Source of the DNA: an uncultured Clostridia bacterium
GTDB taxonomy: Bacteria; Bacillota; Clostridia; TANB77; CAG-508
DNA length: 64,000 bases
Assembly (NCBI GenBank): GCA_944387505.1
Contig: CALXFG010000002.1
Coordinates: forward strand, 3,011 to 67,010
Reading direction: 5' to 3'
Part shown: one piece after another, positions 9,518-17,718 of the stretch
Position numbering within the stretch: the first letter of the stretch is position 1
Layout: every line of letters starts with the position of its first letter
Translations under genes and position numbers: made by a program
The notes under the pieces: generated by a model
Told to the model about the DNA's origin: nothing
Database searches by the model: none
The model's input: the letters and a program-made list of their open reading frames with translations, nothing else

Positions 9518-10444
9518 ATGACAAATAAGGAACAGTTACTCGGAAACTTATTTCGGGAGGCATTATACACAAATAGTACTACTCCTGAAATGCTAGAATT
9601 TTTTAGTAAAAAGATTTCTTCTAGCTTTTCGTCAGAGGATTTCTTACTTTTGCAGATGGCATCACAACTATTTGAATCTGCACAAATAAGGAAAAAAGCC
9701 TATGAGTACATGAGCATGACGGCAAAAATGAGCTCTAAATGCTTTGAAGTTATTGAGCAAAAGCATCCTGAACTATATTTTTGCACATCTCAACGTTTCA
9801 AAAGTGTTCAGAGTGAAATTTATAAGCGCTATGAACGAGTTCAAGATGGATTGTCTCCAGAAATTAAAGATTTACTTGCTGTACGGGTAATTCTTCTAAT
9901 GCCAGAGACACAGGAAGCACTCCAAACAGAGTACATCATTGCTAAAGAGATTATGGAAAACTTTTCTCTGCTAAATAGTGATGAGAATTTTCCTCTGTAT
10001 GTTAACTTATCTATGCCGGATAAGTCTGTATCTCAAAGTGATTTTGACCCTGAAAAACATCCAGAAGTTTTAATTCCTGATGATTCTATCTTAATTCCAG
10101 GACTAGAAAAACTAGGAAAGGATTATATGCATCATCCAAAAGGTGATGGATATCAGTCTTTTCATATTTCATTAGAGCTAGTAAAAAAATCTGAACCTAC
10201 ATTTAGATTTTTTTCTGAGGTTCAAATTCGGACGATTGCACAACATCAATACTCCGAATATGGCCCAGCAAGCCATAAGAAATATAAGGATAACAGAAAC
10301 AAAAAAATGCAGGAAATCTTCACTTATGAAAAAGACAAAGTTCATTTGTTTGGATATCATCCTGACGAAAATCCAGAACATGAAATTGATTTTTCTGGTT
10401 TTTCAAAACCAACGTTTATAACTGAACGTTCAAAAACTTTTTAG
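9518..10444 (+). CDS. RelA/SpoT-domain nucleotidyltransferase (small-alarmone-synthetase-like (p)ppGpp synthetase family)
   Basis: Synthetase-domain motifs: DLLAVRVIL, GYQSFHISLE, EVQIRTIAQHQYSEYG. RBS AAAGGGGCG lies upstream. Confidence 0.75.
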   Translation: MTNKEQLLGNLFREALYTNSTTPEMLEFFSKKISSSFSSEDFLLLQMASQLFESAQIRKKAYEYMSMTAKMSSKCFEVIEQKHPELYFCTSQRFKSVQSEIYKRYERVQDGLSPEIKDLLAVRVILLMPETQEALQTEYIIAKEIMENFSLLNSDENFPLYVNLSMPDKSVSQSDFDPEKHPEVLIPDDSILIPGLEKLGKDYMHHPKGDGYQSFHISLELVKKSEPTFRFFSEVQIRTIAQHQYSEYGPASHKKYKDNRNKKMQEIFTYEKDKVHLFGYHPDENPEHEIDFSGFSKPTFITERSKTF

Positions 10445-10484
10445 CTTATATTTGGCCCATTTGCCATAAATTAAGCAAATTGAC

Positions 10485-10516
10485 AAAAGCTCCCGAGTCA
10501 TTTCTCGGGAGCTTTT
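10485..10516 (+). terminator. Rho-independent terminator
   Basis: AAAAGCTCCCGAG-tcattt-CTCGGGAGCTTTT (13-bp stem including the A/T tracts). Confidence 0.75.
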
Positions 10517-10636
10517 CATTTATTGTCTTAGACAACAAGATTCTTATTGTTTCTTGATTTTATTTTCTTATCTTATCATGTCTGTTTATGATATTGTCAT
10601 TTAATTCTATTAACAGTTAATCCATCTTCTAGTTTT

Positions 10637-11224
10637 TTATTTGATTTTACTAACAGCTAATCCATCTCCTACTTCTAAGATTTCTGTTTCTAAGTCTGGA
10701 TTTTCACTTACCTCTTTTATATATTCTCTTAAATTTCTAACAGCTGTTCTTTGTTTATGTTTGTTATAGTCACTCATAACATAGCCTTTATATAAGATGT
10801 TATCTGCAAAAATAATTCCATCTTCATTAATCATCCTTAAAGCTTCTTTTAAGAAAAATGGATATTTTCCTTTCGCAGCATCAATAAATACCACATCATA
10901 TTGTTGATGTAATGTTGGCAAAATTTCTACTGCATCTCCTTGATAAATATTTATTTTATTTTCTACCTCTGCTAATTTAATATTCTTCTTTGCCTCTTCT
11001 ACTCTATCAGCTTCTCTTTCAATGGTATCAATGACACCATTTTCTGCTAAAAATTCTGTAAAACATATGGCAGAATATCCTACTGCTGTTCCAATTTCTA
11101 GTATTCTGTTAGGCTTATTTTTGCTTAAATATTTTTCAATAACTTCCAATGTTTCATCCATAATGATTGGAATATGTTCTTCTAATGCTTTTTGTTTTAT
11201 TTTTTTTAATTCTTGTTTATTCAT
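10637..11224 (-). CDS. Class I SAM-dependent O-methyltransferase, family 3 (YrrM/TrmR-like)
   Basis: SAM motif ILEIGTAVGYS, and VFIDAAKGKYPFF. The size of 195 aa is typical of YrrM-like proteins. Confidence 0.75.
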   Translation of the reverse strand: MNKQELKKIKQKALEEHIPIIMDETLEVIEKYLSKNKPNRILEIGTAVGYSAICFTEFLAENGVIDTIEREADRVEEAKKNIKLAEVENKINIYQGDAVEILPTLHQQYDVVFIDAAKGKYPFFLKEALRMINEDGIIFADNILYKGYVMSDYNKHKQRTAVRNLREYIKEVSENPDLETEILEVGDGLAVSKIK

Positions 11225-11270
11225 TTTTTTCCTCTTTTATCATAAATTATTATTACCTTGCAATACTAAC

Positions 11271-11834
11271 TTATTTGTAATATTTAAATAACTTATCATT
11301 TAATTTCTGATAAATTAGTACCATTTTCGGTTCATTGGTTACTTCTGTCACTTTGTCAATATCTATCCATTTTACACCACTATTTTCATCTTCTTTTATC
11401 TTAAGTGGTTCATTTTCATCAGCTTCTAGTAAATAGCAACAATCTAGATGTAAGTGAGATGGTACAAATTTTCCTCTTTTTATATGACTATCTACTGTAA
11501 GAATTTCTATACCATATATCTCTTGGTTTAGTACTTTTATATTTTTTAGTCCTGTTTCTTCTTCAGCTTCTTTCAAAGCAACATGTAGCAAATTTCCATC
11601 TCCATCTGCATGTCCACCTGTCCATGCCCAAGATTTGTAAATATTATGATAAATCATTAATACCTTTGTTCTTTCCTTATTCACAATCCAATTAGACGCT
11701 GTGAAATGACACATTTTATTTTCTCTGGTTAATACATCTGTAAATGTATTTATATATTCTAGCATCATTTCTTTATCTGCTCGTTCTTGCTCATTAAAAG
11801 GTATAAAACGTTCTATTTGTTCTTTTAGACTCAT
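11271..11834 (-). CDS. NUDIX hydrolase
   Basis: Nudix box: GGHADGDGNLLHVALKEAEEETGL. Confidence 0.8.
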   Translation of the reverse strand: MSLKEQIERFIPFNEQERADKEMMLEYINTFTDVLTRENKMCHFTASNWIVNKERTKVLMIYHNIYKSWAWTGGHADGDGNLLHVALKEAEEETGLKNIKVLNQEIYGIEILTVDSHIKRGKFVPSHLHLDCCYLLEADENEPLKIKEDENSGVKWIDIDKVTEVTNEPKMVLIYQKLNDKLFKYYK

Positions 11835-11869
11835 TTTTATTTTCCTGCCTTTTTATCTATTTCTATTTT

Positions 11870-11900
11870 GGGACAATTGGGATCAGATCCCAATTGTCCC
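11870..11900. repeat. Perfect 31-nt palindrome GGGACAATTGGGATCAGATCCCAATTGTCCC, a REP-related variant. Probable bidirectional hairpin between typA and the Nudix gene.
   Basis: Read directly from the sequence. The same element recurs at 28377-28406. Confidence 0.8.
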
Positions 11901-11905
11901 TGGCA

Positions 11906-13720
11906 CTATTTATTTCTATTAGCTCTTTCTCTTTCTTTTGTATCTAAGATTTTCTTTCTTAATCTGATTGATTTTGGTGTTACTTCTACTAATTCATCAT
12001 CTTGAATAAATTCGATTGCTTTTTCTAGTGACATTTGAATTGGTGGTACTAAACGTAATGCATCATCTGAACCAGAAGCTCTTGTATTTGTTAAATGTTT
12101 TTCTTTACATACATTGATTGCTAAATCTTCTCCTCTTGAGTTTAATCCAACAATCATTCCTTCATATACTTCTACACCAGGTCCGATGAATAAGTCACCT
12201 TTATCTTGTGCATTGTATAATCCATATGTGACAGATTTTCCTGCTTCAAATGCAACAATGGTTCCTCTAACACGCGCTTGGATATCTCCTTTATATGGTT
12301 GATATGAATCAAATATATGATTCATTGTTCCTTCACCTTTTGTGTCTGTTAAGAATTCTGTTCTATATCCAATTAATCCTCTTGCTGGAATCTTAAATTC
12401 AATTTTTGTATGTCCGTCTTCAGCAGGTTCCATATTTACCATTTCTGCTTTTCTTCTTCCTAATTTTTCAATAACATTTCCTACACAGTCATCTGGAACA
12501 TTAACCACTAAATCTTCAATTGGTTCACATTTGACACCATCAATTTCTTTAAAGATAACTTTTGGACGAGAAACTAGTAATTCGAATCCTTCTCTTCTCA
12601 TTGTTTCTATTAATACAGATAAGTGCAATTCTCCTCTTCCTGATACCTCAAAAGAATCTGGTGAATCTGTTTCTTTTACTCTTAATGATACATTTCTTTC
12701 TAGTTCTTTAAACAATCTATCACGAATATGACGAGAAGTAATAAATTGTCCTTCTTTTCCTGCAAATGGTCCATTATTAACACTAAATGTCATAGATACC
12801 GTTGGTTCATCTATATCTACAAATGGTATTTTTTCTGGATGATTAAAATCACAAATCGTATCTCCAATGTTGATATCTGGTAAACCTGCCAATTCGATAA
12901 TATCTCCAGCTTTTCCTTCTTCTACTTCTACTTTATTTAATCCAACATGTGTATATACTTTTGCCACTCTTCCTTGTGTCACTTTATCTTCTTTTCCACA
13001 GATGGCAACTGGCATTCCATCTTTTATAATTCCTCTTTCTACTCTTCCTATGGCAATTCTTCCAACATAATCATCATAATCAATATTTGATACTAACATT
13101 TGAGCTGGTCCTTCTTCATCACAATCTGGTGGTTGAATCGTATTGACAATGGTTTCAAATAAACAATGTAAATCTGTTGCATCATCTTCTAAATTCATTT
13201 TGGCAATTCCATTTTTAGCTGAAGCATATACAACTGGGAAATCTAATTGTTCATCATTGGCGTCTAACTCAATAAATAATTCGATAACTTGGTCTACAAC
13301 TTTTTCTGGAGTTGCCCCTGGTCTATCAATTTTATTAATAACAACAATTGGTTTTAATCCTAAAGCTAATGATTTTTTCAACACTTCTCTAGTTTGTGGC
13401 ATAGCACCTTCAAAAGCGTCAACTAATAAAAGTACTCCATCAACTGTTTTTAGTACTCTTTCTACTTCTCCACCAAAATCTGCATGTCCTGGTGTATCTA
13501 CAATATTGATTTTTATATCATGATACATAACAGATGTATTTTTAGAAAGTATCGTTATTCCTCTTTCTTTCTCTAAATCATTAGAATCCATGATTCTCTC
13601 TGCTACTTGTTCATTTTCTCTAAACACATGGCTTTGTTTTAACATGGCATCTACCAATGTCGTTTTTCCATGGTCAACGTGTGCAATAATTGCAATATTT
13701 CTAATGTTCTTGTTGTTCAT
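11906..13720 (-). CDS. typA: Translational GTPase TypA/BipA
   Basis: NIRNIAIIAHVDHGKTTLVD, DTPGHADFGGEV, NKIDR. The start is trimmed to MNNKNIRN (ATG 13720) behind the RBS GAAAGGGAG. The track ORF begins at 13738. Confidence 0.95.
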   Translation of the reverse strand: MNNKNIRNIAIIAHVDHGKTTLVDAMLKQSHVFRENEQVAERIMDSNDLEKERGITILSKNTSVMYHDIKINIVDTPGHADFGGEVERVLKTVDGVLLLVDAFEGAMPQTREVLKKSLALGLKPIVVINKIDRPGATPEKVVDQVIELFIELDANDEQLDFPVVYASAKNGIAKMNLEDDATDLHCLFETIVNTIQPPDCDEEGPAQMLVSNIDYDDYVGRIAIGRVERGIIKDGMPVAICGKEDKVTQGRVAKVYTHVGLNKVEVEEGKAGDIIELAGLPDINIGDTICDFNHPEKIPFVDIDEPTVSMTFSVNNGPFAGKEGQFITSRHIRDRLFKELERNVSLRVKETDSPDSFEVSGRGELHLSVLIETMRREGFELLVSRPKVIFKEIDGVKCEPIEDLVVNVPDDCVGNVIEKLGRRKAEMVNMEPAEDGHTKIEFKIPARGLIGYRTEFLTDTKGEGTMNHIFDSYQPYKGDIQARVRGTIVAFEAGKSVTYGLYNAQDKGDLFIGPGVEVYEGMIVGLNSRGEDLAINVCKEKHLTNTRASGSDDALRLVPPIQMSLEKAIEFIQDDELVEVTPKSIRLRKKILDTKERERANRNK

Positions 13721-13740
13721 TTTATTACTCCCTTTCATTT

Positions 13741-13808
13741 TGTCCCATTGAGATCGTTTTTCTGTGGGACATTTTTTTGTCCCATTGAGATCGTTTTTCT
13801 GTGGGACA
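13741..13808 (+). repeat. REP-like palindromic element, 2 tandem copies (13741-13771 and 13778-13808)
   Basis: TGTCCCATTGAGATCGTTTTTCTGTGGGACA occurs twice, separated by TTTTTT. Confidence 0.9.
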
Positions 13809-13904
13809 CGACATTTATTAAGACGTTTTCCAAATTCTTCTTGAAAAACGCCTAATTCTCTAAAAATCAGCTTATAAAATTATACACCTATTTGGTGGTT
13901 TTGT

Positions 13905-13974
13905 CAATTCATATTCCAACTATTATTCAATTCATATTCCAACTATTATTCAATTCCAACTATTATTCAATTCC
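13905..13974. repeat. Short tandem repeat: CAATTCATATTCCAACTATTATT x2, a 17-nt shortened copy, then a partial copy
   Basis: Read directly: 13905-13927, 13928-13950, 13951-13967, 13968-13974. Confidence 0.8.
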
Positions 13975-13977
13975 TCA

Positions 13978-14008
13978 TGTCGCATTAGGTTCGTTTGTCT
14001 ATGCGACA
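13978..14008 (+). repeat. REP-like element, variant B (TGTCGCATTAGGTTCGTTTGTCTATGCGACA)
   Basis: Both arms change together (CGC/GCG instead of CCC/GGG). An identical copy is at 14810-14840. Confidence 0.85.
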
Positions 14009-14070
14009 TGGTGATTTATTTCATTATTTTGCGCTTTTCACTTCATAAATTTCTATTTTATAAGTTTTAT

Positions 14071-14099
14071 TTGACAAGCATTACTATTTATGTTAAGTT
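14071..14099 (+). promoter_or_regulatory. Putative promoter of small-ORF cassette 1
   Basis: TTGACA (14071-14076), 17-nt spacer, TAAGTT, with an upstream TGT (extended -10). Confidence 0.45.
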
Positions 14100-14183
14100 T
14101 ATAGTAATGCTTTAAGCATTTGTAACTTTGGCAATGGTAAGCTTGCTAATAACCTTGATTCAATTGATAGAAAGGAAAGCTTT

Positions 14184-14381
14184 ATGGAATCTGTTGGATT
14201 AATAACAAAACAAAAAGAACCTATCAAGGATCCTTATATTCCTCATATGCCTGAAAGGCGGAGTGCCCTTACAGATATGATGGATGATGTAGTTCAGTCT
14301 CCAAAAGGAAAAATTGGATGCGTTTGGAGTGCCAGTTTTCTTGCACATTCGGCAGAAGATTGGCTGAATCGTTTAAAATAA
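14184..14381 (+). CDS. Small hypothetical protein (65 aa), paralog of 14576-14770
   Basis: RBS GAAAGGAAAG. Shares MES(V/I)GLITK.K.PIK..YIP and VWSA.F with the paralog. It has its own promoter, leader and terminator. Confidence 0.6.
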   Translation: MESVGLITKQKEPIKDPYIPHMPERRSALTDMMDDVVQSPKGKIGCVWSASFLAHSAEDWLNRLK

Positions 14382-14411
14382 AATTGAATTTTTTCTATAA
14401 CATAACAAAAT

Positions 14412-14439
14412 AAACCGAGTCGCTTACCACTCGGTTTTT
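14412..14439 (+). terminator. Rho-independent terminator, loop CGCTTACC
   Basis: AAACCGAGT-CGCTTACC-ACTCGGTTT followed by TT. Confidence 0.75.
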
Positions 14440-14463
14440 GTACATTTATGTTTACTCAAATAT

Positions 14464-14492
14464 TTGCTTATATTCCCGTTTTATGGTATATT
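14464..14492 (+). promoter_or_regulatory. Putative promoter of small-ORF cassette 2
   Basis: TTGCTT, 17-nt spacer, TATATT, with an extended -10 TG (14484-14485). Confidence 0.4.
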
Positions 14493-14575
14493 ATTTTTAA
14501 TGCATAAAGCATTATTTTGTAACTAGCAATGGTAAGCTTGCTAAAACTTTTTCTTGTAATTAAAAGGAGAAAAAT

Positions 14576-14770
14576 ATGGAATCTATTGGATTAATAACAA
14601 AACCTAAACTGCCTATAAAAAAGTTTTACATCCCAGATTCAAAAAAACAATTCTATTTTACAAGAAGCCCCGTTAGAGTCTGGAGTGCAGATTTTATGGA
14701 TAAAACAAATGATGAATTAATAGAAAATCTCAGAAAAGCTGTAGAGGATTGTTTGAAAAATTCAAAATAG
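14576..14770 (+). CDS. Small hypothetical protein (64 aa), paralog of 14184-14381
   Basis: RBS AAAAGGAGAA. Paralogous N-terminus MESIGLITKPKLPIKKFYIP. Confidence 0.6.
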   Translation: MESIGLITKPKLPIKKFYIPDSKKQFYFTRSPVRVWSADFMDKTNDELIENLRKAVEDCLKNSK

Positions 14771-14774
14771 AAAA

Positions 14775-14804
14775 AAAACAGATTCGCTTACCAATCTGTT
14801 TTTT
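14775..14804 (+). terminator. Rho-independent terminator, loop CGCTTACC
   Basis: AAAACAGATT-CGCTTACC-AATCTGTTTT followed by TT. Confidence 0.75.
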
Positions 14805-14809
14805 ATTAA

Positions 14810-14840
14810 TGTCGCATTAGGTTCGTTTGTCTATGCGACA
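14810..14840 (+). repeat. REP-like element, variant B
   Basis: TGTCGCATTAGGTTCGTTTGTCTATGCGACA. Confidence 0.85.
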
Positions 14841-14845
14841 TTCTC

Positions 14846-15442
14846 CTAACTAGCAAGTTCGATAATCTTGCTCATAATTTCTTCTGTTACTTTATCTAAC
14901 ACTTCTTTATCTTTGCTTCCTTTGTACTGACTATAATCTAATGGCTCACCATAAGTAATGGTAATTTTATGATGATCTTTTGTTCCACCTTTTATCCCAC
15001 AAGGGACAACTTTTGCACCACTTCTTATGGCAAAAAAGGCAACACCATCTTTTACTTTTTCTCCTTTTTCTAATCCATTTCTAGTTCCCTCTGGGAATAG
15101 AGCAATACATTTTCCTTCTTTTAAATCTTTTAAAGATGCTTTAATCGCAGAAATATCTTTTTCATCTCTTTTTACTGGTATTGCTTCAAATGCCCAACCC
15201 AAAAATGCTAAGAATTTATTTTTATATAACTCTTCTTTGGCTAAAAACTTCATATCTCTCTTAGCTGTTGCCACCATTAGTGGTGGATCCATGTAGCTTC
15301 TGTGGTTTCCACAAAATATAATTGGTCCATCTTTTGGTACATTTTCTACTCCTTTTATTTCTGCTTGATATACTATTTTAAACCATATATATATGGCGCC
15401 TCTTACTATCCATTTAATGATTTCTTTTAAAAATTTCTTCAT
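14846..15442 (-). CDS. plsC: 1-acyl-sn-glycerol-3-phosphate acyltransferase
   Basis: HX4D motif CGNHRSYMDPP, and FPEGTRN. The start is trimmed to MKKFLKEII behind the RBS AAAGGAG. The track ORF starts at 15472. Confidence 0.85.
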   Translation of the reverse strand: MKKFLKEIIKWIVRGAIYIWFKIVYQAEIKGVENVPKDGPIIFCGNHRSYMDPPLMVATAKRDMKFLAKEELYKNKFLAFLGWAFEAIPVKRDEKDISAIKASLKDLKEGKCIALFPEGTRNGLEKGEKVKDGVAFFAIRSGAKVVPCGIKGGTKDHHKITITYGEPLDYSQYKGSKDKEVLDKVTEEIMSKIIELAS

Positions 15443-15612
15443 TTTTTTCTCCTTTCTGAACTTTCGAAACATGTTTTATTGAATATTTTTCATTTCAAAG
15501 CATCTCCTCTTTTTATCTATATTATGGGTTCACACAAAGCTTAAATTGCAAAATGATTAAAAATATGATATAATAATTTAAGTAACCCGTGTGTAGATTC
15601 AAAGGAGGGCAT

Positions 15613-15807
15613 ATGAGAAAATTTCTCACTGTGATCATCTATTTATTCATCAGTGCAATGATGTTTGTTGCACTGTCATACGTTTTAGAGGACGAAGGCA
15701 TCCTTCTGAGCCTAAACGTTGTAGAAACACTTGTATTAGTCATTTTATCTCTCGGCTTAGGGGGGATATTTGGCGGTCCATTTCTGTATGATTTCTATGA
15801 GGGGTGA
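15613..15807 (+). CDS. Small two-TM membrane protein (hypothetical)
   Basis: RBS AAAGGAGGG 6 nt before ATG 15613. The product MRKFLTVIIYLFISAMMFVAL... has two hydrophobic segments. Confidence 0.55.
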   Translation: MRKFLTVIIYLFISAMMFVALSYVLEDEGILLSLNVVETLVLVILSLGLGGIFGGPFLYDFYEG

Positions 15808-15882
15808 TACAGAATACAGAATACAAAATCGAGAATTGCTATGGTTTTCGGACCATAGTAATTCTATTTTTTTTATTCATTT

Positions 15883-16539
15883 TTATCGTTTCTTCTCTAT
15901 GATTTCTATAATTTTTTCTACCGCTTGTTCAACATTCAAATTTGTAGAGTCCACATATATAGCATCTTCTGCTTTTTTTAGTGGCGCAATTTCTCTAGTA
16001 GAATCTCTTTTATCTCTGTCTTTTATTCCTGCTAACACTTCTTCATAAGAACACTCTATTCCTTTTTCTTGATTTTGCAAAACTCTTCTTCTGGCTCTTT
16101 CCTCAGCTGTTGCATCTAAATAGATTTTTACATCTGCATCTGGAAATACGACTGTCCCAATATCTCTTCCCTCCATGATGACATTTTTTCCTTTGGCAAT
16201 GTTTCTTTGTACTTCCAATAATTTATTTCTTACAACTGGTAAAACAGATACTGGTGAGACCAAATCGTTTACATCATTTTCTCTAATTCTGTGTGTTACC
16301 TCTTCTCCATTTAAAAATACTTTTCCATCAGGATACATCTCAATATGGATTTGATTCAACATTTCCTCTATTTTGTCTTCTTCTTGTATATCAATATGTT
16401 CTTGAATCATATTTAAAGCAACACATCGAAAGGTTGCTCCTGTATCAATATTAACTAATCCTAACTTTTCGCCTACCAATTTGGTAATTGTTCCTTTTCC
16501 TGCTCCTGCAGGTCCATCAATTGCAACTACAAATGACAT
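15883..16539 (-). CDS. cmk: Cytidylate kinase
   Basis: P-loop AIDGPAGAGKGT. The typical cmk C-terminal segment RDxRD is present (KDRDKRDSTREIAPL). Confidence 0.92.
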   Translation of the reverse strand: MSFVVAIDGPAGAGKGTITKLVGEKLGLVNIDTGATFRCVALNMIQEHIDIQEEDKIEEMLNQIHIEMYPDGKVFLNGEEVTHRIRENDVNDLVSPVSVLPVVRNKLLEVQRNIAKGKNVIMEGRDIGTVVFPDADVKIYLDATAEERARRRVLQNQEKGIECSYEEVLAGIKDRDKRDSTREIAPLKKAEDAIYVDSTNLNVEQAVEKIIEIIEKKR

Positions 16540-16556
16540 ATTCTTTCCTCTTTTCT

Positions 16557-16620
16557 TGTCCCATAGAGTTCGTTTGTTGATGGGACATTTGTCCCATAGA
16601 CATCGTTTGTTGATGGGACA
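16557..16620 (+). repeat. REP-like element, variant C, 2 tandem copies (16557-16587 and 16590-16620)
   Basis: TGTCCCATAGAGTTCGTTTGTTGATGGGACA and TGTCCCATAGACATCGTTTGTTGATGGGACA. Confidence 0.9.
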
Positions 16621-17562
16621 TTAATCTTGTTTTTCTGGCACATAAATATTTTTTGCAACCACATCTAATTCTACAACATTCATTGCAGTTAATTTTTCTA
16701 TTTCTTTTCTTGCTCTATCTTTAAAATCCTTTATTCCATTAATCACATTATATCCATACATAACTGTCACTTCTACATAAATTTTTGCACCTTCTCCATA
16801 GTTTTCTACCCTTGTTCTTGATATTTTGTAGATAGCTGGTGTTTTTACAGCAATATATTCTAATATTTGTCTAAATACCAAATCTGATATTGTAAATTTT
16901 CCAAGATAACTAAAAGTTGGTCTTATGATAGATTTTTCTGATATATATGGTTTTTGCCCTTTTCCTTTTGATTTAAAGATTTGTAATGGGTCTAATAAAT
17001 ACCCAGAAAAGTCTTTTTTTATTTGAAATGTTGGTACTGGTATAACATGTTTTCCTTCTGTTACACGAATTCTTCTGGCTGTTTCCATTTCCTGTTTTGT
17101 TGCAACATCTGTTATATAAATATATTCACTAATTTCAGGCAAGCCTAAATTAGCTGCAATTTTTTGTACCATTCCATCTGATGTTCCTAATATTAAAATA
17201 CTTTGTGGTCTTTCCTTTTTTAAGGCTTTTATAATTTTTTCTCTTTCTTCTTTTTCATAAAATAATGCATGTTTTACCGTTCCTACTTTGGTAGGTGCTT
17301 TTTTTGCTGATTCTCCTGCTAATACTTCATTATCTTTGATTAATAATCCATCATCAATAATATAGTTTATGTTTCTTTCACTTGCTACCATTTGTGCTCG
17401 ATAACTTTTTCCTGTTCCTGATGGTCCAACAAATGCATATACTTTTATTTTATTTCCAAATAGTTCATCTAATATCATATTGGTTTGTTGCTCGCCTTCT
17501 GCTACACAACTAACTCCTTTCTTTTTGAAATCTTTTGCTTTATGACATTCTGCATTTTTCAC
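16621..17562 (-). CDS. P-loop NTPase fused to a C-terminal Asp23/Gls24-like domain (hypothetical). The start is uncertain: GTG 17562 or ATG 17478.
   Basis: Walker A: GPSGTGKSYRAQ. The C-terminal segment ISDLVFRQILEYIAVKTPAIYKISRTRVENYGEGAKIYVEVTV resembles the Asp23 family. Confidence 0.6.
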   Translation of the reverse strand: MKNAECHKAKDFKKKGVSCVAEGEQQTNMILDELFGNKIKVYAFVGPSGTGKSYRAQMVASERNINYIIDDGLLIKDNEVLAGESAKKAPTKVGTVKHALFYEKEEREKIIKALKKERPQSILILGTSDGMVQKIAANLGLPEISEYIYITDVATKQEMETARRIRVTEGKHVIPVPTFQIKKDFSGYLLDPLQIFKSKGKGQKPYISEKSIIRPTFSYLGKFTISDLVFRQILEYIAVKTPAIYKISRTRVENYGEGAKIYVEVTVMYGYNVINGIKDFKDRARKEIEKLTAMNVVELDVVAKNIYVPEKQD

Positions 17563-17718
17563 TTTATAGTACTTTTTTCTTTTTGTATTCTTGATTTTTT
17601 ATCCTCAAACTTTTTATTTTCTTGCTTTAATTTCTCTATTTATCTTCCTTGTTCTATTCTCATCTTATTCATTCTGTTTCACTTTCATTTTTTGATTCAT
17701 TCTGTCTCACGTTCATCT

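Noticed and set aside
10610-10674. A 25-nt imperfect direct repeat: TTAACAGTTAATCCATCTTCTAGTT (10610-10634) and CTAACAGCTAATCCATCTCCTACTT (10650-10674). It duplicates the 3' end of the O-methyltransferase gene just downstream of its stop.
   Set aside because: It is real in the sequence but short, with 4 mismatches. It is most simply a small relic duplication, and no function can be argued.
15770-16048. Plus-strand ORF 15770-16048, and similar plus-strand ORFs inside typA, rnr, U32, the McrB-like gene and the giant gene.
   Set aside because: They are antisense to well-supported minus-strand genes. They have no RBS, and their hydrophobic/Ser-rich composition is typical of antisense frames in AT-rich DNA.
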